DNA of 32,000 bases from Pyrodictium occultum. GTDB lineage: Archaea; Thermoproteota; Thermoprotei_A; Sulfolobales; Pyrodictiaceae. The notes under the pieces were generated by a model. The model did not search any database and was not told the origin of the DNA. It saw only the letters and a list, made by a program, of their open reading frames with translations. This document shows, one piece after another, positions 8,581-16,833 of this stretch. The first letter of the stretch is position 1, and each line of letters opens with the position of its first letter. The DNA is taken from NCBI RefSeq assembly GCF_001462395.1, contig NZ_LNTB01000001.1:570001-602000 (forward strand), written 5' to 3'. The position numbers and the translations under genes were made by a program.

Positions 8581-9430
8581 GAGGAAGCTGCTGAGGGAGA
8601 TAGCAGAGGAGGTCTACGGGCCCGAGAAGGCTGCCAGGTTCTGGAAGAGGATAGACATCATAGGCGATATAGCTGTTATACGCAAGCCCTTCGATGTAGA
8701 CGTTGAGGAGCTGAAGCCTCTGGCCGAGGCCCTCCTCCGCAGGCTCCCCTATGTTAAGAGCATCTGGGCAGCCTCCAGCCCGGTGGAGGGCGAGTATAGG
8801 CTGCGGAGCTACACCCACCTGGCCGGCGAGAAGAGGAGCTGGACCCTCTACCGTGAGCACGGCTGCGTCTTCAAGATAGACATAACACGGGTCTACATAT
8901 CGCCCCGCCTCTCCTACGAGCACCAGAGGATAGCGCGGCTCGTCAAGCCCGGCGAGACTGTGATAAACATGTATGCCGGCGCCGGCCTCTTCTCCATAAT
9001 AATGGCGAGGCACTCCAAGCCGGCCAGGGTCTACAGTATAGACATAAACCTGGACGCCTACCGGATGATGGTGGAGAACGTGAAGCTCAACAGGGTAGAG
9101 GGTATAGTGGTACCCATCCTGGGCGACGCCGCCAGGATTGTGGAGGAGAGGCTACGGGGCGTTGCCGACCGCGTGCTAATGCCCCTCCCCGAGCTGGCCC
9201 TCCAGCACCTCCCCCACGCGCTCCACGGCCTCCGGGGAAGCGGCTGGATCCACGTCTACCTCCACGTCTTCGCGGGGAAGGGGGAAGACCCGAAGAGGAA
9301 GGCCGTGGACCTGCTATCCAGCAGGCTCGAGGAGCTCGGGGCCCGGTACCGGGTTGAGCATGCCAGGGTGGTGCGCACAGTGGGGCCCAGGAAGAGCCAG
9401 GTAGTGGTAGACGTTTACGTCGAGGCCTAG
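8522..9430 (+). CDS. trm5: Trm5/Taw22-type SAM-dependent tRNA (guanine37-N1) methyltransferase (Met-10+ family)
   Basis: SAM motif VINMYAGAGLFSIIMA, then YSIDINLDAYRMMVENVKLN, GDAARIV and DRVLMPLPE. The true start is probably GTG 8570/8573, overlapping the upstream stop; the first 16 codons of the maximal ORF look non-native. Confidence 0.8.
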   Translation: MMFIPAWRGAWPPGGGVVAKRKLLREIAEEVYGPEKAARFWKRIDIIGDIAVIRKPFDVDVEELKPLAEALLRRLPYVKSIWAASSPVEGEYRLRSYTHLAGEKRSWTLYREHGCVFKIDITRVYISPRLSYEHQRIARLVKPGETVINMYAGAGLFSIIMARHSKPARVYSIDINLDAYRMMVENVKLNRVEGIVVPILGDAARIVEERLRGVADRVLMPLPELALQHLPHALHGLRGSGWIHVYLHVFAGKGEDPKRKAVDLLSSRLEELGARYRVEHARVVRTVGPRKSQVVVDVYVEA

Positions 9431-9879
9431 CGGGGAGGAATCTCGGCCACCTTCTTAGCGGTGAACTCCAGTACAGCGTGGACCTCGTCCTGCGCATCCC
9501 TGGGCACCCCTGTCACAATAACGCTGGAGACCCGGCCCTCCTCGTCCCTATCCACGGTGTATTCCAGCCCCTCGTACTCGGAGGCGAGCCTCTCAAGAGC
9601 ATTCAGCATGTACCTCACGTAGGGGTGGCGCTCCGGCACGGGCCTCGCAAACATGAGCCTCATAGTATCCCTCGAGGCTGTAAGCCTCGCGACAACCAGG
9701 CCATCCTTCGACCGGAACTCCCTACCCCGGCCCCCCGCCCTCCCGCGGGCGCCGGCCAGGCCGGAGCACTCATCTAGTATGGCGAGCAGCTGCTGGTATA
9801 GCTGCAGCCTCGACTCCAGCTCGGCTATCTCACGCTCTAGGGCCTCTCTTATCTCCTCGAGCCTAGGCTTATCTGACAC
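9427..9879 (-). CDS. Hypothetical protein with N-terminal coiled coil
   Basis: 150-aa ATG-start ORF. The N-terminal heptad-like LEEIREALEREIAELESRLQLYQQLL is followed by a Gly/Arg linker and a ~90-aa globular part. It shares a palindromic CTAG double stop with the convergent trm5-like gene. Confidence 0.5.
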   Translation of the reverse strand: MSDKPRLEEIREALEREIAELESRLQLYQQLLAILDECSGLAGARGRAGGRGREFRSKDGLVVARLTASRDTMRLMFARPVPERHPYVRYMLNALERLASEYEGLEYTVDRDEEGRVSSVIVTGVPRDAQDEVHAVLEFTAKKVAEIPPR

Positions 9880-9930
9880 CCCGGGGGACCTCCGCTTACC
9901 CCGGCGGGTAGCGCTCCCATCCTACTGGGA

Positions 9931-9948
9931 CACTTAGTACACTTAGTA
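9931..9948. repeat. Perfect tandem duplication CACTTAGTA x2 next to a TATA-like TATAGATAT
   Basis: Read directly at 9931-9939 and 9940-9948, in the 141-bp divergent spacer between genes starting at 9879 (-) and 10021 (+). Confidence 0.6.
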
Positions 9949-10020
9949 TAGATATGGATAAGGGGTCCGTGGGGAGGCATAAAGAGCTGAACGCCTCATG
10001 CCCGTCCGCGGGGCAAGAAT

Positions 10021-11808
10021 GTGTCCAACGGGGAGAGAGGCTTGATGGAGAGGAGGGCTACCCGTCTAAGAGTGCTCCCGGCCGCAGTGGTGCTCCTCAT
10101 GCTTCTCGCCAGCGCCTATGCGCAGCCAGCTTCCCCGGACTATAGGGTCAGGGTCAGGCTGGGCCTTCTGGCGGTGGACGGCGCGACCGGGAAGGGGATA
10201 GTGGTGAACGCGTGGCTAACCATAAGCTCGCCCGGCAGCGGCACTGTTACCGTTGAGCCCGGCGACCTTGTGGATAAGAGCACGACCCTGTCGACGGAGG
10301 TTGCATACTATCTTGCCAGCATTATTGACGGGGTAAACCCCCGGCTCTATGATGTGGACGTAGAGTTTGAGACCAATACGCCCGTTAGCGGCCCCAGCGC
10401 TAGTGGCTTCATAGCGGCATCCTCGCTCCTCGCCCTTCGTGGGCTGGTCCCGGACCCCAACACTACTATGACTGGTATGGTTTCCCTCACGGGCCTCGTG
10501 CTTCCGGTGGCGGGCGTGGCTGACAAGGTCACGGCAGCCAAGGACTATGGCTATGCGAGAGTGCTGCTCCCTGTCACGGAGATCAGCAGGGTGCCGGGCG
10601 GCATTGGGGTGGTAGGCGTCTGCAGCATAGAGGATGCGGCCTCCCAGCTCTCTAGGGGCTTCCTCTCCGCGCCCGGCGGCGCCGGCAGGACTGTACTGTT
10701 CCCCTCTATACGAGGGGAGGAGAGGCTTTTCAGCAGCTATGCCCAGGAGTTTATTGAGAAGGCTGTGAAGCTTCTAGGTGACGTGGAGGACCCGCAGGCC
10801 CGTATGGTGGCGGAGAAGCTTATCACCGGCGCTAGGAGGGCTCTCGAGAAGAGCCCCTACAGCGCTGCCAGCATGGCTTTCATGGCCCTATACGTGCTCT
10901 CCAAGGACGTGGCGGAGCATAAAGGCTTCAACTACCTTGAAAAGGCGATCGGCATAAGCCTTGACGAAGCAATAGCGGATGCCAATAGGAGCGTAGCCGA
11001 GCACAGCAGCAGGTTCACGAATAGGAGCCTCTGCGGCCTCTGGGGCTATGAGGCCCTCGCCTCCGCCTCAGCCCGGCTCTACCTGGCGCAGCATGCAGCC
11101 AGCTCGGAGAAGCCCGATGTGAGGGCTCTCGCCCTCCTCCGCGCCCTCTCGGCCAAGTCCTGGGCGGAGCTGGCCGACCCCAGCCTGGGCCCCCTGGTGC
11201 CCTGCAGCCTGCTAGCCAGGTCCGCGGAGTTTATGGTGAATTACATGCAGCTCTCATACGACTATTTGAAGAGCGTGGTAGGCAGGGTAGGCTTCAACAT
11301 ACCGATGCCCGACACCAGGTCCGTCGAGGCCTGGATCCGCGACGCCCGCCAGAGCCTCAGGCAGGGCAACTACCCCTTAGCGCTAGGCCTAGCGGTGTAC
11401 GTCGTCTCCATGCTGGAGGACACGCTGGTAGCCAGCTCCGGGCTGCCAGCCCACTGCGTGGAGAGGCACGTAGAGTTCCTGCGGGGCATCAGCATGTCTA
11501 GGGATGCCAGCCTGCCGGCGGCACTGCTCCTCAGCTACGCGGAGGAGTACGGCGGCTACGTCGCCAACGCCACTAACGATACATTCGTGAAGGTGAGCCT
11601 GGAGTCGGACTCCGCGGTGTGGCTAATACACACGCTGGTCCTGAAGGCCCTCACCGCTGAAGGCCGGCAGGCCGTCAGCCCGGCGCCGGTGCAGGTTGAC
11701 TGGAGCAGCTACAGCCTAGCGGGCATTGCAGCCGAGGCGGTGGTGCTGGCGGTGGTGGGCTACGGGCTAGCCGCGGTCTCTCGCCGCGCCGCCGCTGAGA
11801 AAGTCTAG
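10021..11808 (+). CDS. Membrane-anchored Lon-protease-domain (S16) serine peptidase without AAA+ module
   Basis: 595-aa ORF. It has an N-terminal signal/anchor (LRVLPAAVVLLMLLASAYAQP). Lon catalytic motifs are VSGPSASGF (Ser at nt 10396-10398) and MTGMVSLTGLVLPVAGVADKVTAAKDYGYARVLLP (Lys). These are followed by ~330 aa of unknown helical region and a C-terminal TM segment (LAGIAAEAVVLAVVGYGLAAV). There is no Walker A/B motif. Confidence 0.7.
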   Translation: MSNGERGLMERRATRLRVLPAAVVLLMLLASAYAQPASPDYRVRVRLGLLAVDGATGKGIVVNAWLTISSPGSGTVTVEPGDLVDKSTTLSTEVAYYLASIIDGVNPRLYDVDVEFETNTPVSGPSASGFIAASSLLALRGLVPDPNTTMTGMVSLTGLVLPVAGVADKVTAAKDYGYARVLLPVTEISRVPGGIGVVGVCSIEDAASQLSRGFLSAPGGAGRTVLFPSIRGEERLFSSYAQEFIEKAVKLLGDVEDPQARMVAEKLITGARRALEKSPYSAASMAFMALYVLSKDVAEHKGFNYLEKAIGISLDEAIADANRSVAEHSSRFTNRSLCGLWGYEALASASARLYLAQHAASSEKPDVRALALLRALSAKSWAELADPSLGPLVPCSLLARSAEFMVNYMQLSYDYLKSVVGRVGFNIPMPDTRSVEAWIRDARQSLRQGNYPLALGLAVYVVSMLEDTLVASSGLPAHCVERHVEFLRGISMSRDASLPAALLLSYAEEYGGYVANATNDTFVKVSLESDSAVWLIHTLVLKALTAEGRQAVSPAPVQVDWSSYSLAGIAAEAVVLAVVGYGLAAVSRRAAAEKV

Positions 11809-12459
11809 CAGCGTCGACTGCCCGCCCCTCTCCTTGCCCCGTCTCTCCCTCCTCTCCTCCGACTTGATCTCGGCCACAATCCTGGCTATGGGGCCCCGGA
11901 AGTCCTCCTCCAGCTTCTTCCGGAGCGGGGGCTTGTAGAGCGCGGCAGCGGGGTGGTAGGTGACGGCTATAGCCAGGTCCACCCCGGCTATCCTCCCCCG
12001 GTACACCTTGCCGTGCTGGGAGCCCATGCTGTGCCAAGGGTGCCCTGCCAGCTCCAGCAGCCTCCTGGCCGCGTGGCGGCCCACGGCTATCACGAGGCGG
12101 GGTCTTATGAGCTGGATCTGCCGGAGTAGGTAGGGGAGGCACGCCTCCACCTCGTCCTCCCTGGGGTCGCGGTTGCCGGGGGGCCTACACTTCACCACAT
12201 TAGTTATATAGACTTCCTTCCTCTCGAGCCCGGCTAGCTCCAGGAGCTTGTTCAGAAGCTGGCCCGCGGCCCCGACGAAGGGCCTACCTTGGAGGTCCTC
12301 GTTCCTCCCTGGCGCCTCCCCCACCACCATTACCTTGGCGTCGAGGGGCCCCTCCCCTGGCACCGGGTTACGGCGCGTCCGGTGGAGCCTGCACCTGGTG
12401 CACGTCTTGATCTCATCAACCAGCTTTCGGTATTCCCTCTCAACGTCCTGCCCCGTCAT
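11767..12459 (-). CDS. udg: Family 4 (thermostable, 4Fe-4S) uracil-DNA glycosylase
   Basis: CTRCRLHRTRRNPVPGEG...VMVVGEAPGRNEDLQGRPFVGAAGQLLNKLL, plus further Cys in VVKCRPPGNR and EACLPYL. It has a basic C-terminal tail with a PIP-like QSTLLDFL. Confidence 0.9.
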   Translation of the reverse strand: MTGQDVEREYRKLVDEIKTCTRCRLHRTRRNPVPGEGPLDAKVMVVGEAPGRNEDLQGRPFVGAAGQLLNKLLELAGLERKEVYITNVVKCRPPGNRDPREDEVEACLPYLLRQIQLIRPRLVIAVGRHAARRLLELAGHPWHSMGSQHGKVYRGRIAGVDLAIAVTYHPAAALYKPPLRKKLEEDFRGPIARIVAEIKSEERRERRGKERGGQSTLLDFLSGGAARDRG

Positions 12460-12582
12460 AGCGGGCTATCCCTGCTGCTCTGCCCCCTCCACTGCCTCAA
12501 GGGAAACTCTTAGAGAATTCCGGCACGCCTCTGCACCAGGTAACCCGGCTGCACGGCTTCCTGGAGGGAGTGTGGCCACGGC

Positions 12583-13458
12583 ATGGAGAGGATTAGCGCA
12601 TCTGCGCCGGTCGTAAACAATAAGATGTACCATATAAGCCTCGGCCCCGGTGATATACCGCCCTACATCCTGCTCCCCGGCGACCCGGGCCGTATAGATG
12701 CTATAATGAGGACGTGGGACGAGGCAGAGGAGGTAGCCTTCCACCGGGAGTACCGTAGCGCCCGTGGAGTCTACCGCGGCGCCCGGATAGGCGCTCTAAG
12801 CACGGGGATAGGGGGAGCCTCCACCGCGATAGCTGTAGAGGAGCTCGCTAGAATAGGTGTCCATACGCTTATAAGAGTGGGCACTATGGGCGCTATACAG
12901 CCCGATATCAAGGTGGGCGATCTAGTCATAGGATTCGGGGCGGTCCGCTACGAGTGCGCCAGCAGCGAGTATGCTCCCCCCGAGTACCCTGCAGCGGCCA
13001 GCCCCGAGGTGGTAATGGCCCTGGTGGAGGCTGCTGAGAGGCTCGGTGCCAGGTACCACCTAGGCATAGTGGCGTCCACGGCCACGTTCCACCTTGGGCA
13101 GAGTAGGCCTGGCTATCGGGACTACACGTGGAGCGGCAGCCGCGCCAGAATGGAGAATCTGAGGCGTATGGGCGTGCTGGGCTTCGAGATGGAGGCTGCC
13201 ACGATATTCACGCTGTCCAATATCTACCGGCTCCGCTCCGGCTGCGTCTGCGCGGTGATAGCTAACAGGGTGACCGATGAATTCATACCGGAGGCCGGGG
13301 TCAGGGAGGCCATAATGGTTGCTAACGAGGCTGTGCGCATCCTCCAGGAGGCTGACAAGTCCAGGCCCACGCTGCGCCACACACTGAGCAGCCTAGCTGT
13401 GGCCCTGGAGAAGCTCTACGGCAAGCTCCCGGGCAGCACCCCTCCCCGCGGCCCCTAG
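12583..13458 (+). CDS. udp: Nucleoside phosphorylase, PNP/UDP family 1 (uridine phosphorylase-like)
   Basis: 291-aa ORF with HISLGPGDIPPYILLPGDPGRIDAI, RVGTMGAIQP and GFEMEAATIFTL blocks typical of hexameric NP-I enzymes. The start could instead be the Met at 12625. Confidence 0.8.
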   Translation: MERISASAPVVNNKMYHISLGPGDIPPYILLPGDPGRIDAIMRTWDEAEEVAFHREYRSARGVYRGARIGALSTGIGGASTAIAVEELARIGVHTLIRVGTMGAIQPDIKVGDLVIGFGAVRYECASSEYAPPEYPAAASPEVVMALVEAAERLGARYHLGIVASTATFHLGQSRPGYRDYTWSGSRARMENLRRMGVLGFEMEAATIFTLSNIYRLRSGCVCAVIANRVTDEFIPEAGVREAIMVANEAVRILQEADKSRPTLRHTLSSLAVALEKLYGKLPGSTPPRGP

Positions 13459-14611
13459 GGCTGCGGCGGCCGAGGCGTGGAGAGCCAACGCGAGCACCGG
13501 GACTAGGAGGGGTGAATGCCCATAGAGAACCCCTGCAGCGTACACCGTGGCTACCGAGGCTACGCTAGTAGCCATGTTTAGCCTTCCCGCCTCCACCCCG
13601 ACGTTTCTCGTGTACATGAGCAGCTTGTTCGCAGCGGCAACGAACCCGCTGAACGCGAAGGCGTCAGCGACAGCTACCGCGATAACCACCGGGAGCCAGC
13701 TGCTAGGGCGAAGGAGGACAGCAACCAGGGAGAGGGAGGCCATGAAGCCGGCCTCGGATAGGAACATGGCCCTGCGGACCCCTAGCCGGTCCACCAACGC
13801 CCCCCGTAAAGTAGCCCAGTAGAAGCCACGCGGCGGCGGTAGAAGCCATGTAGAGGCCCGGCGCCTCCTGCGGCAGCCCCAGCCCCAGGAACACCGCGCC
13901 CATGAGGGATATCCACGCCGCGGTGCCGGCGCGGGACATGACCGCGTAGAGGTAGTAGGGGGTAAGCCACCTGGCCGGGAGCCGTAGGAGGTCTGGCAGC
14001 CTCCCGCCGCCTCCCCCTGCTCCGCCTACGCGGCGGAGCGCGGCATAGACGAGCGGTGCGGCGGCGAGCGCGGGCACACCAGCCGCCAGGAAGCCGAGCC
14101 GGTAGCCGGGGAGCCCCGGCGGGCGAAGTAGTAGGCGAATAGCAGCGGCCCGACTATCCTGGAGAGAGAAGTTGAACGCCATGCTGGTCAGTGCTACGCC
14201 ACGTCCACGAAGGCTGGAGGGCAGGCAGGGATATAGCACGGTTCCTCGAGGGGACCCAGACTGCGAGGGAAAGGCCGACCAGCGCGTAGGCGGCCGAGAC
14301 CCCGAGTATGTCCGCCCGGAGCCAGATTATGAACCCCGCAGCCCCCAGCAGGATCATGGAGGAGGCTATCAGGCCCCGTAGAGCCCCCGGTCGGTGAGCA
14401 GCCCCGCTACCGGGAACCCTGCTATCTCGAGAAGCCGGGCCAGCGAGAGCCCGGCACCCATCTCGCCCCCGCTATAGCCCTGGAGGGCCAGCAGCGCCGA
14501 GCTGTAAGCATTGTAGAGAGGTATAGCCAGCCCCCGGGCGGCGTTTGCCGCAATAAGGGGGAGCACAGCCCGGAGCCCTGGCGGACGCCGCCCGCGCGCA
14601 GCCCCTCCCAT
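13393..14611 (-). pseudogene. Frameshift-disrupted MFS transporter gene
   Basis: Four consecutive minus-strand ORF fragments lie in frames 2/0/2/1: 14611-14369, 14357-14154, 14239-13703 and 13797-13393. Joined, they read as one 12-TM-type transporter. Both halves carry the MFS loop motif (AGLLTDRG..R and GGLVDRLGVRR). Two junctions coincide with C5 (14384-14388) and C6 (13800-13805) runs. Confidence 0.65.
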
Positions 14612-14616
14612 GGCTC

Positions 14617-14856
14617 ATGCCGCCTGGCTCGCAGGGCGTGGGAAGAATGGGGATTAAAGTCTCGGCGCTGATACTGCCGGAGCGCCAAGCCGTAGAGGTG
14701 GAGCTTACAGCCGGAACGGTGCGGGAGCTCGTCCACCGCCTAGGCTATAGCGCCGAGGACGTGGTGGTACTGAGGGATGGACGCCCCCTGCTAGAGGAGG
14801 ACAGGCTGGAGGATGGAGACAATGTCACAATCCTCCGGGCGGCAAGCGGCGGCTAG
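14617..14856 (+). CDS. ThiS/MoaD/TtuB-type ubiquitin-like sulfur-carrier protein (C-terminal Gly-Gly)
   Basis: Small ORF ending ...LEDGDNVTILRAASGG-stop, with beta-grasp length if it starts at Met 14647 (69 aa). It lies immediately upstream of, and overlaps, the TtuA-like gene. Confidence 0.75.
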   Translation: MPPGSQGVGRMGIKVSALILPERQAVEVELTAGTVRELVHRLGYSAEDVVVLRDGRPLLEEDRLEDGDNVTILRAASGG

Positions 14857-15835
14857 GTGCAGTATCTGCGGCGCCCCTGCGGTGGCGCGCATACCCTATG
14901 CCAGGCTCTCCCTCTGCCCAAGCCACTTCATGGAGTTCGTTGAGAGGAAGGTGGAGCGCGTCCTCCGCCGCGTGGGCGCCCTCCGGCGGGGGGCTAGGAT
15001 ACTGGTGGCCGTCTCCGGGGGCAAGGACAGCGCTGCGATGCTGACAGCCCTATCGAAGCTCTCCAAGCTCTATGGGTTCGAGCTGGTGGGCATACACCTG
15101 GTCCTCGGCTTCGGAGCCTACTCGGAGAAGAGCAGGGGGACGGCGGAGAAGGCCTGCAGGGAGAACGGGGTTCCCTGCATAGTGATCAGCATCGAGGAGG
15201 CCCTGGGAGCCCCCGTCCATGTCATAGCCAGGCGCGCCCGGCGCCCGGTGTGCAGCGTCTGCGGGCTCGTGAAGCGCTACATCACAAACGCCGCCGCGGT
15301 GGAGCTTAGAGCCGACTATGTAGCCATGGGCCATAACGCTGACGACATTATAGCCTACACATTGAAGCTCTTCCTCAACCAGGACCTAGAGTCGATAGCC
15401 AAGATGGGGCCGGCCACTGAGAGCATCGAGGGGCTGGCAGTGGCGAGGCTCCGCCCCCTCTACGAGGTCACCGAGAGGGAGTCCCTCCTCTACGCCCTGC
15501 TGTCTAACACCCCCTTCCTCCATGATGAGTGCCCCTATAGGCCGGTCGCCCCGATAGAGCAGAGGATCAAGGAGTCCATGAACCGCCTGGAGGAGGAGCA
15601 TCCCGGGGTCAAGATAAACTATATACGGAGGCTGGAGTCGAGGCTCACGGTTTACAAGAGGCTGGCAGCGGAGAAGGAGTGGAAGCCGCAGAAATGCCCC
15701 ACATGTGGCCTCCTAAGCTCCGGCGGCGAGTGCGGCTTCTGCCGCCTAACCAGGAGGGCACTCGGCGAGCCAAAGGGGCCCCATGTGAGGCGGCTCCTCC
15801 GGGAGCTAGCCGCTAAGGCAGCGAGGCCTGCGTGA
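14813..15835 (+). CDS. ttuA: TtuA/Ncs6-type PP-loop tRNA 2-thiolation enzyme
   Basis: N-terminal Zn finger CSICG...CPSH, PP-loop ILVAVSGGKDSAAM, Fe-S cluster cysteines CSVCG and HDECPY, and C-terminal Zn finger CPTCG...CGFC. The start is ATG 14813 or 14822, giving a 35-44 nt overlap with the sulfur-carrier gene. Confidence 0.85.
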   Translation: METMSQSSGRQAAARCSICGAPAVARIPYARLSLCPSHFMEFVERKVERVLRRVGALRRGARILVAVSGGKDSAAMLTALSKLSKLYGFELVGIHLVLGFGAYSEKSRGTAEKACRENGVPCIVISIEEALGAPVHVIARRARRPVCSVCGLVKRYITNAAAVELRADYVAMGHNADDIIAYTLKLFLNQDLESIAKMGPATESIEGLAVARLRPLYEVTERESLLYALLSNTPFLHDECPYRPVAPIEQRIKESMNRLEEEHPGVKINYIRRLESRLTVYKRLAAEKEWKPQKCPTCGLLSSGGECGFCRLTRRALGEPKGPHVRRLLRELAAKAARPA

Positions 15836-15880
15836 GCCCAGTGGCCGTGAGGGTGTGGCCGGCGGGGAGGGGTCCGCGTA

Positions 15881-16807
15881 GTGGCTGCTGGCGCAGCGGT
15901 TGCCGCCCGGGCCCTGGTGGCAGTGGGGCTGCTCGCCGCCGGGCTGCTGGCCGGCAGGTCCAGGGCCGCCTCCACGGCTTCGAGGGCTATCTCCCTCATG
16001 CTCCTCTGGTTCTCAGTACCCTTCATAGTCCTGTACAAGATATACACGGTTGACCTGGTTGTTGCGGGCAAGTACGCCCTCCTGGTCCCGGCCAGCGTGC
16101 TGGGTGCCCTAGCCTCGGCCTACCTCCTGATCCCTAGGCTGCTCCGCGGGCTACCCAGCAAGGTAGTGGGCGCAGCAGTGCTCGCCGCGGGCTTCCACAA
16201 TGCAGGCTTCCTCCCGATACCGCTCATGCTCATCCTCTACGATGACGCCGGCCCCGCAGCCCTCTACTCGACCCTGGTCAATATTATAGCGGCGGTAGCG
16301 GTCCCCCTAGTTGCGGGCGCCTACAGCCCCGTGGGAGAAGCCGGAAGTACAGCCGGTAAGCTCGCAGCCAGCCTGGCGAGGTTCCCTCCTTTCTACGCCC
16401 TTGTAGCGGGTACGCTTCTCTACCTACTGGCCGGCGGCCACCCCTGGCTAGCCGAGGCCCTAGGCATCCTGGGCCATGTAGCCGCCGAGTCCACGCTATC
16501 CAGCTTCTTCCTCGTTGGCTCAGTGCTGGCCTATGCCGGGATAGGCTTCGAGAAGCCTGTGCTGGCGGTCCTGGCCTGGCGGCTCGGGGTGGAGCCCGCC
16601 ATAGCGCTTGCGGCATCCACCCTCCTGGGCCTCCAGGGTGTGTGGCTAGCCGGAGCGCTCATCGAGGCCTTCATGCCTCCCGCCACTATGAACCTCGTAT
16701 ACGCCGCCCTCTACGGTCTCGACGAGACCCTGGTGGCAAAGGCTATAGGATTAACACTGCCCTTCTCGATAGCTGCCGCTGTGCTCATACGCCTCCTGGT
16801 GCACTAG
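15881..16807 (+). CDS. Auxin-efflux-carrier (AEC) family permease
   Basis: 308-aa polytopic hydrophobic ORF (about 9-10 TM segments) with the HNAGFLPIPLMLILY block resembling the AEC/Mem_trans signature. Confidence 0.65.
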   Translation: MAAGAAVAARALVAVGLLAAGLLAGRSRAASTASRAISLMLLWFSVPFIVLYKIYTVDLVVAGKYALLVPASVLGALASAYLLIPRLLRGLPSKVVGAAVLAAGFHNAGFLPIPLMLILYDDAGPAALYSTLVNIIAAVAVPLVAGAYSPVGEAGSTAGKLAASLARFPPFYALVAGTLLYLLAGGHPWLAEALGILGHVAAESTLSSFFLVGSVLAYAGIGFEKPVLAVLAWRLGVEPAIALAASTLLGLQGVWLAGALIEAFMPPATMNLVYAALYGLDETLVAKAIGLTLPFSIAAAVLIRLLVH

Positions 16808-16833
16808 GTCCGTGCAACGCAGAGGGGTGCTCC

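Noticed and set aside
16642-16833. N-terminal 64-codon extension of the 508-aa ORF, overlapping the end of the AEC permease gene.
   Set aside because: The translation is Arg/Pro/Cys/His-rich and non-native in appearance. ATG 16834 or 16921 lies just after the permease stop and gives a normal-looking protein.
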